From Clostridia bacterium (GTDB lineage: Bacteria > Bacillota > Clostridia > Christensenellales > Aristaeellaceae): DNA of 57,018 nt. Position 1 is the first letter of the stretch. Each line of letters begins with the position of its first letter. Shown piece after piece: positions 18,638 through 27,916 of the stretch. The stretch is from the NCBI GenBank assembly GCA_017469085.1, contig JAFUHB010000239.1, positions 1 to 57,018 on the forward strand. Reading direction: 5' to 3'. The notes below the pieces were generated by a model, which saw only the letters and a program-made list of their open reading frames with translations, did not search any database and was not told the origin of the DNA. Both the position numbers and the translations under genes were made by a program.

Positions 18638-19822
18638 TTATATCGATATCTTCCCCATCACCACCGGATGCTTGGCTCCGGTGACGGAGGGGATGTTGTT
18701 GCATTGCTCCAGCACACAGGCGCGGGCCATTACGGCAAAGGCGACGGCTTCCTTGGCGTCGCTGTCAAAGCCGATATCCTCGTTGATCAGCACCGGGATC
18801 GAAAGACAATCCCTCAGGTCCCTGAGCAGCGTCGGATTCCGGCTGCCGCCTCCGCCGACCACCAGGACGTCGGGCTTGATCTTGCAATGCTTTTCGATCG
18901 AAAGGCCGATACACTCGGCGGTAAAGCGGGTGGCGGTGGCAACCATATCCGCGGCCGACAGGCCGAGCGCGCGGCCTTTTTCTGTCAGGGCGTCCACATA
19001 AGCCTGGCCATAATACTCACGGCCCGTTGTTTTGGGCGGAGACATGCGCAGATACGGATCGTCCAGCAGACGCCGCAAAAGCGCCTCGCTGCAACGTCCC
19101 GAGGCGGCGATCCGGCCGTCCTCGTCATAGCGCTGCTTCCCGGCGGTCATTCTTTCGATCAACTGGTCCATCACCATATTGCCGGGACCGGTATCAAAGG
19201 CAAATACAGCCTCCGGCCCACAGCCCTTGGGCAGCACAGTAATATTGCCGATGCCCCCGATATTCTGCAGGCCCACGTTCCGATCCTCCCTGCGGTACAG
19301 GAGATATTCCGCATAAGGCACCAGCGGCGCGCCGTATCCGCCAGCCGCCATATCCCGAACGCGAAAGTCGCTGACCACCGGACAGCCAAGCCCCTCGGCG
19401 ATCACCGCCGGTTCGCCGAGCTGCAGGGTGGCGGCGACCTGTTCGCCCAGATATTCCTCTGGCGCGGGGATATGATACAGCGTCTGCCCGTGACTGCCTA
19501 CCAGATCAACCTTCTCCGGCGCGATCCCGGCAGCCTGACACACAGCCTGACAGGCCGCCAGGGACCGCCGGCCCAGCCAGAAATTGAACAGGCAGAGCTC
19601 CTTGCTGCCCCCCTCGCGGCCCTCCGCCAGCTTGAGGATCTCCGCCCGTTCCTCCTGAGAATAGGGGAGAGAGACAAAGCCCAGTTGCCGCACGGACAGG
19701 CCCTCTTTGCCTTCTTCAATTTCCGTCAGCACAGCGTCCAGCCCGTCCGCAGAGGTGCCGCTCATCAGCCCGATCACCTTCAAAACGCGCTTATTCCGAA
19801 TGTCCGCGAGTCCTTTTCCCAT
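18638..19822 (-). CDS. anmK: Anhydro-N-acetylmuramic acid kinase
   Basis: VIGLMSGTSADGLDAVL N-terminal motif and family-length match. I chose ATG 19822 (AAGGGG SD); the longer ORF-track start is unsupported. Confidence 0.88.
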   Translation of the reverse strand: MGKGLADIRNKRVLKVIGLMSGTSADGLDAVLTEIEEGKEGLSVRQLGFVSLPYSQEERAEILKLAEGREGGSKELCLFNFWLGRRSLAACQAVCQAAGIAPEKVDLVGSHGQTLYHIPAPEEYLGEQVAATLQLGEPAVIAEGLGCPVVSDFRVRDMAAGGYGAPLVPYAEYLLYRREDRNVGLQNIGGIGNITVLPKGCGPEAVFAFDTGPGNMVMDQLIERMTAGKQRYDEDGRIAASGRCSEALLRRLLDDPYLRMSPPKTTGREYYGQAYVDALTEKGRALGLSAADMVATATRFTAECIGLSIEKHCKIKPDVLVVGGGGSRNPTLLRDLRDCLSIPVLINEDIGFDSDAKEAVAFAVMARACVLEQCNNIPSVTGAKHPVVMGKISI

Positions 19823-22124
19823 GATGTACCCCTTTCGTTCTGTTTCCCGATTTCCCTCGGGAGCATGTAAACGCATATCTCAGCCGCAATCCCATCCGTC
19901 GCAGCGGGATCACGCGGGCGCGGATCGCGCGATAGCAGTCGACCGCCGGCCTTTCCTCAAAGGGCCTTTCGCCGTACAGTGCAGCCTCGTAGCGATCCAT
20001 CTGTTCCCGCACGTTCGCCTCCGGGAAGCGGTCGTGCACCCGATCGGCATAATCCCGCAGCGTTTCCGAGGCTTCCCGCCTGATCCCGCACTGGCCCAGC
20101 AAGCACAGCGTCGCGTTCAGCAGCGTATCCATCGCCCGCTCCGGTCTGCGCGCAGCCAGTCGCACCGGCTCTGTCCGATAGAGCCTCGCGCCGATGAGGA
20201 CGGCCAGCACGACCAGCAGCGCAAAGGGCCAAAGAACAGGCTGCTGTGGCGGCATCAGCGGCAAGGGCTCGTCAGGCAAATCACTGTTATCGGCAGAATC
20301 ATCTGTACTGTCAGGGAAATTCTCCTGATCCCCTTCATCATTCTCCTGATCCGGCGGCAGCTCTCGCTCCTCCTCATCCGGTTCGTCAGGCGCCGGCTGC
20401 TCTCCCGGCTCCTCGTCCTCCTGATCGCTCTCGCCGCCGTGCCCCTCGGGTTCCGGTCCCGGACCATCATCTGACATATTGCCAAAGCCCGGCGTTGCGT
20501 CCAGCGTCAGCCAGCCAAACCCGTTCAGGTATACCTCCGTCCAGGCGTGCGCATGCTCGCCGGTCACCAGAGCGTGTCCCGTTTCATCGGGACGCGCGAT
20601 ATAGCCGGTCACATAACGGGCAGGAATACCCTGGATTCGGCAAAGCACGGTCATAGCCGACGCGAAATAGGTGCAATACCCCTTTCGCTCCCGAATCAGA
20701 AACCAGGCCACGAAATCCTGATTCTGCGGAGGATCGGATACCTCCAGAGAATAAGCGTAATTTTCTTTCAGCCAGTCCCGGATGGACAGGGCCCGGAGAT
20801 ACGGGTCCTCCTCGCCGCCCGCTGCGGCCATGGACATCTCATATACTTCCTGCTGGATAAAGGAAGGAACGCCCAGATACTGCCGGGCCACTTCGCTATA
20901 CCGCGTATCGTTCCACTGGGCGCTGGCCGATACCAGCGCCGCCGTTTGCTCGCTGTCGGCGGATAAGGGGAGATAAGTAGCCTGGTAAGTATCGCCCGCC
21001 TGCAGGCTGCGGGCCAGGAAAACCTCGGAGCCCGCGTTATAATACGCCACCATGCGGGCGGACCCCGTCGTCAGCTCCCGAAGGCGCTGCGGCACGAAAA
21101 CCGTCGTCGTCCCATCCCGCAGCATGCGCACTTTCAGCATACTGAGCGGCAACTCGCCCTCCGTCAGCGGCAGGTATTCATCAAAAACCGATCTCTTGAG
21201 CGCCTGCTCGAAAACGTCCGACCATAGATGCCGCTGCCTGCCCAGCGTGTCATACCAGTTAGTCCCGTCATACTCATTTTTTGCCACGCCCCGCAGGTAT
21301 ACAGCCCGGTCGGTTTCTACCTCCATGACGGCGTATTGCTCGGGCTGAGGCCGCCCACCCAGCCTTTCCTGTTCGTCGGTGGACAGCGGCATATATCCAT
21401 CCGTCCGCAGCGTAAAACCGGGGCGCTTCCCGTTATCATCCTCAGGCAAATAATCCTGGAGGATCTCGTACAGCTCGTCCGCCGCGCGGGAAAGCGTTTC
21501 ATCCGGCGTCACCTTGGCCGGCGTCATCAGCAGCGCAACGACCAACAGCAGCGCCGTCAATAACAAGGGGGTTGGGAACAGCGAACGCGCCGTATGACGG
21601 CCGGCCGCATGCAGCAGGATCGCCGCCGCTGCCAACCCGCCGTACAGGATCGGCGCTTCCCCCGTGCCCAACAGGCAGGAGGGGAGCAGCACCGCTGCCG
21701 TCAGCGCGAGCAGCCCGCCACATTCCTCGGAAAGGGCAGCCAACCCGGCCAATACAGTCAGCGCGACCGCGATCAGCTGCGTCAGCGTCTGGCGATAAGG
21801 CAGCAGAACGATGCTCATATTGCCCGGATAATACCACAATGCCCGCAGCGGCTGCACATGCGCGACCAACGGACCGACGCCCGCCAGCCCCAGCGCCAGC
21901 AGCGCGACGCCTGTCAGCGCCAATGCGCCGCCGCCCCAGCGCCGCAGGCTTCCTGCCAACGTCATTCCGGCCGCCGTGATGGCGCAAAGGGTCGCTACCG
22001 CAGCCACGTCCACCTGCTGATACAGCACGTTGATCAAGCACAGGCCGAGCCCCGCGCCAGCCAGCAGAGAAATCAGGAAACGCTGTAAGATATCCCGGAT
22101 ATCCTCCTTATGCAGGCGTGACAT
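19791..22124 (-). CDS. Transglutaminase-like membrane protein (TgpA-type, with an acidic linker and a DUF4129-like C-terminus)
   Basis: Polytopic N-terminus. Transglutaminase core GYCTYFASAMTVLCRIQGIPARYVTGY ... HAWTEVYLNGFGWLTLDATP (Cys-His-Asp). GGAGG SD. Overlaps neighbours at both ends. Confidence 0.85.
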   Translation of the reverse strand: MSRLHKEDIRDILQRFLISLLAGAGLGLCLINVLYQQVDVAAVATLCAITAAGMTLAGSLRRWGGGALALTGVALLALGLAGVGPLVAHVQPLRALWYYPGNMSIVLLPYRQTLTQLIAVALTVLAGLAALSEECGGLLALTAAVLLPSCLLGTGEAPILYGGLAAAAILLHAAGRHTARSLFPTPLLLTALLLVVALLMTPAKVTPDETLSRAADELYEILQDYLPEDDNGKRPGFTLRTDGYMPLSTDEQERLGGRPQPEQYAVMEVETDRAVYLRGVAKNEYDGTNWYDTLGRQRHLWSDVFEQALKRSVFDEYLPLTEGELPLSMLKVRMLRDGTTTVFVPQRLRELTTGSARMVAYYNAGSEVFLARSLQAGDTYQATYLPLSADSEQTAALVSASAQWNDTRYSEVARQYLGVPSFIQQEVYEMSMAAAGGEEDPYLRALSIRDWLKENYAYSLEVSDPPQNQDFVAWFLIRERKGYCTYFASAMTVLCRIQGIPARYVTGYIARPDETGHALVTGEHAHAWTEVYLNGFGWLTLDATPGFGNMSDDGPGPEPEGHGGESDQEDEEPGEQPAPDEPDEEERELPPDQENDEGDQENFPDSTDDSADNSDLPDEPLPLMPPQQPVLWPFALLVVLAVLIGARLYRTEPVRLAARRPERAMDTLLNATLCLLGQCGIRREASETLRDYADRVHDRFPEANVREQMDRYEAALYGERPFEERPAVDCYRAIRARVIPLRRMGLRLRYAFTCSRGKSGNRTKGVHHGKRTRGHSE

Positions 22125-23253
22125 AGCACACCTCCACCATATGATGCTGCAGCCTGGTCACATAAGGCCGTGTTTCCTCGTTCTCCGCCTTCCAGGTCAC
22201 CAGATAAAACCGCACGCTTGGACCCATCCTGCGAATGGCCGAGACCGCGTCCACCACAGAAGCGTCCAGCCTGGTGGTCACGATCACAACAGCTCCCGTG
22301 CGCCGCATTCGCTTCAGCTCCATCCGCAGTACCCGGGCAAAATCCTCCCCGCGGCGGAAGGTCTGCATCGCCAGCATTTCCTGCAGCAATTGCAGATTCT
22401 GCGCCTGGTCGGAGGCAAATTCATTCGCTCGTTCCCCATACAGCGGCAGGCGGACAGGGCTTCCATCCGCCATTTGCAGCCCGGCCACCGCGACGGCCGT
22501 TTCACATAACGCGTCCCGAAGCCCCGCCGCCTTTTCCGCAGATTCCGCGCCCTCGATCTCGGCGCAATCCATCAGGATCAGCGTGTCGGGAGGCGCCGGC
22601 GTTTCGTACTTTCTGACGAGCAGCTCCCGCCGCCGGGTAGACAGCTTCCAATGCACCCGTTTCATCGCGTCGCCCGGTTGATAGGCGCGTATATCCTCCG
22701 GCGAGGTATTATCCTCGGTGGAACGGGTAAGCGCCGATTTTCCCTCGTCGCTGACCGCAAACGTCGGCTTTTCGATGGAAAACAGCCGCGGCATAACCAG
22801 GATCGTCTCATCCGGCAGAGCCTTCAGCTGCGCCTGGCATATCCCGTATATATCTGAAACGCGCGCCCGAAGCACGCCCGCCCGCATCGTCCCTACGTGC
22901 ATGGCAGGATACGTCACCGTATGCGACGCGGCGGAAAAGCCCCGGACCGGAGAATCCACAAATCCCGTGTCCCTGCCAAAGTGATACGCGATCTCTACCG
23001 GCGCCACAGGCAGCGGACACTTGACGCCCACTTCGATCTCCAGCTTCGCTTCCGTACCGCGCATGAGCCGCGTTTCTTTCGCCGCGCAGCGTATGCGCAG
23101 GGTATTTTTTGCCCATAGCACGCTGATCAGCGCGTAAGCGAGCACCAGAAAAAGGAGCAGCCCGACGAACAAAAACAGACGGATCTCCAACGCTTTGGCA
23201 AGCGCGCAGAAAACGGCCGCGACGCTCAAAAGCCAAACAAACCGCCCGGTCAT
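22108..23253 (-). CDS. DUF58 domain-containing protein (vWA-like MoxR partner)
   Basis: Two N-terminal TM helices. DUF58 signature YQPGDAMKRVHWKLSTRRRELLVRKYE. ATGA overlap with moxR. Confidence 0.85.
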   Translation of the reverse strand: MTGRFVWLLSVAAVFCALAKALEIRLFLFVGLLLFLVLAYALISVLWAKNTLRIRCAAKETRLMRGTEAKLEIEVGVKCPLPVAPVEIAYHFGRDTGFVDSPVRGFSAASHTVTYPAMHVGTMRAGVLRARVSDIYGICQAQLKALPDETILVMPRLFSIEKPTFAVSDEGKSALTRSTEDNTSPEDIRAYQPGDAMKRVHWKLSTRRRELLVRKYETPAPPDTLILMDCAEIEGAESAEKAAGLRDALCETAVAVAGLQMADGSPVRLPLYGERANEFASDQAQNLQLLQEMLAMQTFRRGEDFARVLRMELKRMRRTGAVVIVTTRLDASVVDAVSAIRRMGPSVRFYLVTWKAENEETRPYVTRLQHHMVEVCYVTPA

Positions 23254-24227
23254 TGACCGCCCCGCCGCTTGATCGGCACGCTCACTTCAGAAAGCACCGC
23301 TTCGAGCACATCCTCCGCCCGCGCGCCCTTCATGCGCGCCTCCGGCGTCAGCACCAGGCGATGCGTCAGCACGGGACGCGCCATGCGCCGCACGTCATCG
23401 GGCAGCACATAGTCGCGTCCGAACAACATCGCCGTCGCCTGCGCGGAGCGAAGCAGCGCGATCGAACCGCGCGGCGATACCCCCAGCGCCAGCGCCGGGC
23501 TGCGCCGGGTAGCCGCGGCCAGCTCCGCTACGTACAGCCTGACCTCCGGGCTCGAATAAACTGTGCCCAGCGCATCCTGCATGGCGATGATATCCTGCGC
23601 CGCGCACACGGGGGAAAGCGCTTCCATCGGCGTTGTCTGGCCCGAATAACGCTCCAGCACGTCCGCCTCCTCCTCGACCGATGGGTATCCAATGGTGATC
23701 CGGAGCAGAAAACGGTCCATCTGCGCTTCCGGCAGCGGGTAGGTGCCGACAAAATCTACGGGATTCTGCGTCGCCATGACCATAAAGGGACGCGGCAGGC
23801 GTCGGGTAACGCCGTCCACCGTCACCTGTCCCTCCTCCATGGCTTCCAGCAGGGAGCTTTGCGTCTTGGGGCTGGTGCGGTTGATCTCGTCCGCCAACAC
23901 GATCTGACTCATAACCGCGCCCGGCTTATATTCCATCTCTCCGCTTTTCAGGTTCATCATCGTATAGCCGGTCACATCCGAGGGGGTTACGTCGGGCGTA
24001 AACTGAATGCGGCTAAACGAGCAGGAAACCGATCGGGCAAGAGAGGCGGCCAACGTCGTCTTGCCCACGCCAGGCACATCCTCCATCAACACATGTCCCT
24101 TGCATAGCAGGGCGATCAGCAAAAGCTCGATCGCTTCATCCTTTCCCACAATCGTTTTGCGGATATTTTGCTGTAAGGCGTGAACGAGCGGGCGCAGCGT
24201 CCCGCCGCTTTCTGCGACATAAGGCAT
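23250..24227 (-). CDS. MoxR-family AAA+ ATPase
   Basis: Walker A GVGKTTLA, Walker B VLADEINRTSPKTQSSLLEAMEEGQVTVDG, typical 325-aa length. Confidence 0.9.
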   Translation of the reverse strand: MPYVAESGGTLRPLVHALQQNIRKTIVGKDEAIELLLIALLCKGHVLMEDVPGVGKTTLAASLARSVSCSFSRIQFTPDVTPSDVTGYTMMNLKSGEMEYKPGAVMSQIVLADEINRTSPKTQSSLLEAMEEGQVTVDGVTRRLPRPFMVMATQNPVDFVGTYPLPEAQMDRFLLRITIGYPSVEEEADVLERYSGQTTPMEALSPVCAAQDIIAMQDALGTVYSSPEVRLYVAELAAATRRSPALALGVSPRGSIALLRSAQATAMLFGRDYVLPDDVRRMARPVLTHRLVLTPEARMKGARAEDVLEAVLSEVSVPIKRRGGQ

Positions 24228-24308
24228 CTTGACAGCTCCTTTCCTCTTCCTATATCATACCCGTTTTTACGAAAAAAATAAACTGTTTTCTTCCGCTGAA
24301 ATGTAACA

Positions 24309-24337
24309 TTGCCGTTTCCCGCATTGTGTGCGATAAT
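24309..24337 (+). promoter_or_regulatory. Candidate addA promoter (TTGCCG-17-GATAAT with an upstream TGTG)
   Basis: TTGCCG 24309-24314, 17-nt spacer, GATAAT 24332-24337. Confidence 0.45.
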
Positions 24338-24354
24338 AATGACAGCAGCAGAAA

Positions 24355-24370
24355 TGTTTCACGTGAAACA
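24355..24370. promoter_or_regulatory. parS: parS site (ParB/Spo0J binding), perfect palindrome TGTTTCACGTGAAACA
   Basis: Exact match to the Firmicute parS consensus tGTTNCACGTGAAACa. It lies in the addA 5' UTR, 13 nt upstream of the ATG. Confidence 0.85.
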
Positions 24371-24382
24371 CTGGAGGCACGC

Positions 24383-27300
24383 ATGAACTGGACCCGGGCG
24401 CAAAAAGAAGCCATCGAGGCTAATAATCGAACAGTACTGGTCAGCGCCGCCGCCGGATCGGGCAAGACCGCCGTCCTGGTGGAACGCGTCGTCCGATTGA
24501 TCCGGGAGGGCGGCGATATTCGGCGGATGCTGATCGTCACCTTTACCCGCGCCGCCGCCGCTGAAATGCGGGAGCGGATTGCCGACGTCCTGCAAAAAAG
24601 CGACGACGCGAGGCTGCGCAAGCAGGCCCTGCTGGTTTCCTCTGCGCACATATCGACCCTGCATGTGTTTTGCCAGTTTGTTATTCGGGAGCACTTTCAG
24701 GCCCTTGGTATTGACCCGCAGGCCTCCATCGGCGAGGAGGCGCAGCTGTCCCAGCTGCTTTCGCGGGCCATGACCGACGCGCTGGAAGAAGCCTGTGAAG
24801 CCCCAACGCCGGAGCAGCGGCAGCTTTTCGATCGGTTCGACGTCGATCAGACGCTTGCAATGGCGGAAAGGCTGCGCCGCTTTTTAATGGCGCTGCCCGA
24901 CCCCTGGACCTGGGCCGACGATCATTTAAGGCCGTATCATGGCAAGCTTCAGGACCATCCCGCGTTCCGGGCGCTGATGCAGGAATGTCTGATCCAGCTC
25001 CAAAGCGCGCTCCCGCTGCTTCTGCGCTGTAAGGAGGCCCTTGATCTCCCCAACGCGCCCATTCGCTATGATAAAACCGTCATCGAGGACGAGCGCCTGC
25101 TGGATGACCTGCTTCACGCCGCGGCAGACGGTTCTTTGCGCGGCGGCAAGCTGCGCTTTTCGCCGTTACCTCGCGGCAAAAAGAACGAGCCTGACGACCC
25201 GGAGGCAACAGAGGCTTTCCAGGCGTCCCGCGCCCAATTCAAAAAGGCTTTACAATCCGCGATCGACCTGTTGCCGGCTGACGACGATCTCGCCGTCGAG
25301 GATATGAACGCCTCTCTGATTCCCGCGACCGGCCTGGTTCAGCTCCTGAAAGCGATCCAAGCCAAATATGACGCCTATAAAGATGAAAGGAGCCTGCTTG
25401 ACTTTCATGACCTTGAGCATCTTTGTATCCGCGCCCTGCGCATAGATTCCATTCAAAAAGCCTGCTCCGACCTGTTCGACGCCATTTTTATTGATGAATA
25501 TCAGGACGTCAGCGCCATTCAGGAGGAAATCATTCGGCGCATCCATATAGGAAATACCCTATTCCTGGTCGGAGACGTAAAGCAAAGCATCTACCGCTTC
25601 CGACACGCCGATCCCACCTTATTCCTGAACAAGTTCCTGACCTTTTCACTGGACAGAGACGCCGCTGAACGAAAGATCGTGCTTCAGCAAAATTTCCGCT
25701 CGGCTAAAAATATACTGTCCGCCGTAAACCTGGTCTTTGAGGGAGCCATGAGAAAGTCGGTCACCCAGATCGACTACCGTGAGGACGCGAGGCTCTATCC
25801 CGGAGAGCAGGCGCCCGACGGCCCTGCCGTTGAGCTGCATTTGCTTGAGAAAAAGGATCCTGAAACCGGCGAAGCAGCGCGCTTGACCCAGTCTCACGCT
25901 TACGAGGCCCTCCTGATTGCCGACCAAATCAAGCGTTTGACAACAGACGGAACGACGGTTGCTGAAAAAAGCGGAACCCGGCCCCTGCAATATCGTGATA
26001 TCGTGATCTTGCTGCGCAGCGCCGCTGCCCATGCGGCCCTGTTCGCAAAAACGCTGCAAGAAAACGGGATCCCTGTTTATTGCGACGCGGACGCGCAATA
26101 CTATGAGCTGCCCGAGGTCAACGACATACTGAATCTGCTGCGCGTGATCGATAACCCTTATCAGGACATCCCTCTTTTAGGAGCGCTGCGCTGTCCCTGC
26201 TTTGATTTTTCACAGGAGGAGCTCGCCCGCATCCGCCTGGTCGAGACAAAGCCTAAAACGCCCTTTCACGTCGCCTTTTTCTCCCTGGCGAAAAATGACG
26301 CGCATCCCTTGCATGACAAGCTCCGCGTCTTCACCGAGAAAATCGATGCGTGGCGCTTCGTCGCCCGGACCGAAACGCCGGAAACGCTGATCCGGCTGCT
26401 GACGGACGAAACGGGGCTATACGCGCTGGCCGGAACCTCGGAGGACGGCGAGGCGCGGCAGGCTAACCTCCGGCTTCTTTCTGAACGGGCCGCTCGCCGC
26501 GTGAATATCGCGGAATTCCTATCCACAGTCGATCAACAGCTGAGCGCAGAGGACAGCCGTACCGCCAAAACACTGAGCGATCAGGAAAATGTTGTGCGCA
26601 TCATGACCATGCACAAAAGCAAGGGGCTTGAATTCCCTGTTGTTTTCCTGGCGGAGCTTGGACGCGCCTTTCGATCCCCCGCCGGGGAGCGCCCGCTCCT
26701 GGATCAGGAGTTGGGCCTCTCCCTGCCGCTGATCGAGCCGGAGCAGCGCCTGATACGCCCCACCATCCTGTCGGACGGGATCACAGCCGCCTCCGCCCGA
26801 AAGAATCTTTCAGAGGAGGCCCGCATCCTGTATGTAGCCATGACCCGCGCCCGGGAGCGGCTCATTCTGTACGGTTCTCCGTCCAAGCTCGAAGCTTCTC
26901 TGCCGATCTGGCGTCTCCCGCGCGGCGACGCCGCTGCCGCCGGCGCCGGATGTATGCTGGATTGGATCGCCCAAGCTGTCCTTCCCGGCTTAGAGCAAGG
27001 CGCAGATACCGTATGGGAAAGTGAAAACGGCTCCGTTTGGAAAATCAGGTATCACAACGTCGAGACGCTGACATCCGAGCAGCGAGACAAAAAAACCGTT
27101 TCGCCGCGCTTCGATACCGGCGTTGTATCACCCTGGTTAGAGACCCTCCTTGCCCGTAAAAACGAGGCGTTCCATCCTGTCAAGGTGTCCGTCAGCGCCG
27201 TCGCAAAGCAACACCTTCCGGAAGCAGAGGAAGAAGAAACGCCGGAAACCAAACGCGCTGTTTCACGTGAAACATTGGAGGATCGGCCGCGCTTTATGCA

Positions 27301-27802
27301 GCAGTCCGGATTTACCGCCGCCGAGCGCGGCACGGCAATGCATAAGGCGCTGGGCCTGATCCCTTATGAGCCGATCCGAGCGGCCCGGAGACTGGATCGA
27401 AGCCTGTTCATACAGCTGCTGGACGAGCTTGTCGATAACGAGCGGCTGACACCGGAGGAGCGCCGTGTTGTTCATCCGGACGACCTGCTTCGCTTCTTCC
27501 TTTCTCCGGTCGGCCAGCGAGCGCTGCATGCAACCGTCCTCCGTCGGGAATGGTCCTTTAATCTGCGCTTGGACGACCGGACCGTCATTCAGGGCGTTCT
27601 TGACCTTTGCTTCCTGGAGGAAGGGCAATGGGTATTGGTCGATTATAAAACAGATCATATTCAGGATCTGTCCGTCTTAGTCGATCGCTATCAAGCGCAA
27701 ATCGGTTGGTATGCCCGCGCCCTGGCCCAATTAACCGGAAAGGACGTGCGGGAAGCGCTGCTTTATTCCGTTCGCCTGCATCGAGCAATTTCCGTTGATT
27801 GA
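24383..27802 (+). CDS. addA: ATP-dependent helicase/nuclease subunit A (AddA; UvrD-like SF1 helicase plus a C-terminal PD-(D/E)xK nuclease)
   Basis: WTRAQKEAIE, AAAGSGKTAVLVERV (Walker A), FIDEYQDVS, QNFRS, MTMHKSKGLEFPVV, YVAMTRARERL; C-terminal nuclease GVLDLCFLEEGQWVLVDYKTD. GGAGG SD before ATG 24383. Confidence 0.9.
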   Translation: MNWTRAQKEAIEANNRTVLVSAAAGSGKTAVLVERVVRLIREGGDIRRMLIVTFTRAAAAEMRERIADVLQKSDDARLRKQALLVSSAHISTLHVFCQFVIREHFQALGIDPQASIGEEAQLSQLLSRAMTDALEEACEAPTPEQRQLFDRFDVDQTLAMAERLRRFLMALPDPWTWADDHLRPYHGKLQDHPAFRALMQECLIQLQSALPLLLRCKEALDLPNAPIRYDKTVIEDERLLDDLLHAAADGSLRGGKLRFSPLPRGKKNEPDDPEATEAFQASRAQFKKALQSAIDLLPADDDLAVEDMNASLIPATGLVQLLKAIQAKYDAYKDERSLLDFHDLEHLCIRALRIDSIQKACSDLFDAIFIDEYQDVSAIQEEIIRRIHIGNTLFLVGDVKQSIYRFRHADPTLFLNKFLTFSLDRDAAERKIVLQQNFRSAKNILSAVNLVFEGAMRKSVTQIDYREDARLYPGEQAPDGPAVELHLLEKKDPETGEAARLTQSHAYEALLIADQIKRLTTDGTTVAEKSGTRPLQYRDIVILLRSAAAHAALFAKTLQENGIPVYCDADAQYYELPEVNDILNLLRVIDNPYQDIPLLGALRCPCFDFSQEELARIRLVETKPKTPFHVAFFSLAKNDAHPLHDKLRVFTEKIDAWRFVARTETPETLIRLLTDETGLYALAGTSEDGEARQANLRLLSERAARRVNIAEFLSTVDQQLSAEDSRTAKTLSDQENVVRIMTMHKSKGLEFPVVFLAELGRAFRSPAGERPLLDQELGLSLPLIEPEQRLIRPTILSDGITAASARKNLSEEARILYVAMTRARERLILYGSPSKLEASLPIWRLPRGDAAAAGAGCMLDWIAQAVLPGLEQGADTVWESENGSVWKIRYHNVETLTSEQRDKKTVSPRFDTGVVSPWLETLLARKNEAFHPVKVSVSAVAKQHLPEAEEEETPETKRAVSRETLEDRPRFMQQSGFTAAERGTAMHKALGLIPYEPIRAARRLDRSLFIQLLDELVDNERLTPEERRVVHPDDLLRFFLSPVGQRALHATVLRREWSFNLRLDDRTVIQGVLDLCFLEEGQWVLVDYKTDHIQDLSVLVDRYQAQIGWYARALAQLTGKDVREALLYSVRLHRAISVD
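27259..27274. promoter_or_regulatory. parS: Second perfect parS site (TGTTTCACGTGAAACA), inside the addA coding sequence
   Basis: Identical 16-mer to 24355-24370. Both are translated as VSRETLE in the AddA reading frame. Confidence 0.85.
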
Positions 27803-27820
27803 TCGCAAAGTTCAATCACA

Positions 27821-27852
27821 TTGTAAACTTGTTTTATAATTTGGGTTTACAA
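27821..27852. promoter_or_regulatory. BirA-type biotin operator overlapping the bioY promoter
   Basis: TTGTAAAC-N16-GTTTACAA inverted repeat with TATAAT (27835-27840) in the spacer. It resembles the Bacillus bioO architecture TGTTAAC-N15-GTTAACA and sits directly upstream of bioY. Confidence 0.65.
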
Positions 27853-27870
27853 ATACGCTTTTCTGTGTTA

Positions 27871-27908
27871 TCCTCCTTGGAGACGAAATGATTTGTCTCC
27901 AAGGAGGA
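27871..27908 (+). promoter_or_regulatory. Perfect 14-bp hairpin sequestering the bioY Shine-Dalgarno
   Basis: TCCTCCTTGGAGAC (27871-27884) pairs with GTCTCCAAGGAGGA (27895-27908), with a 10-nt loop. The 3' arm contains the AAGGAGGA SD, 8 nt before ATG 27917. Confidence 0.6.
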
Positions 27909-27916
27909 TTAAAGGA

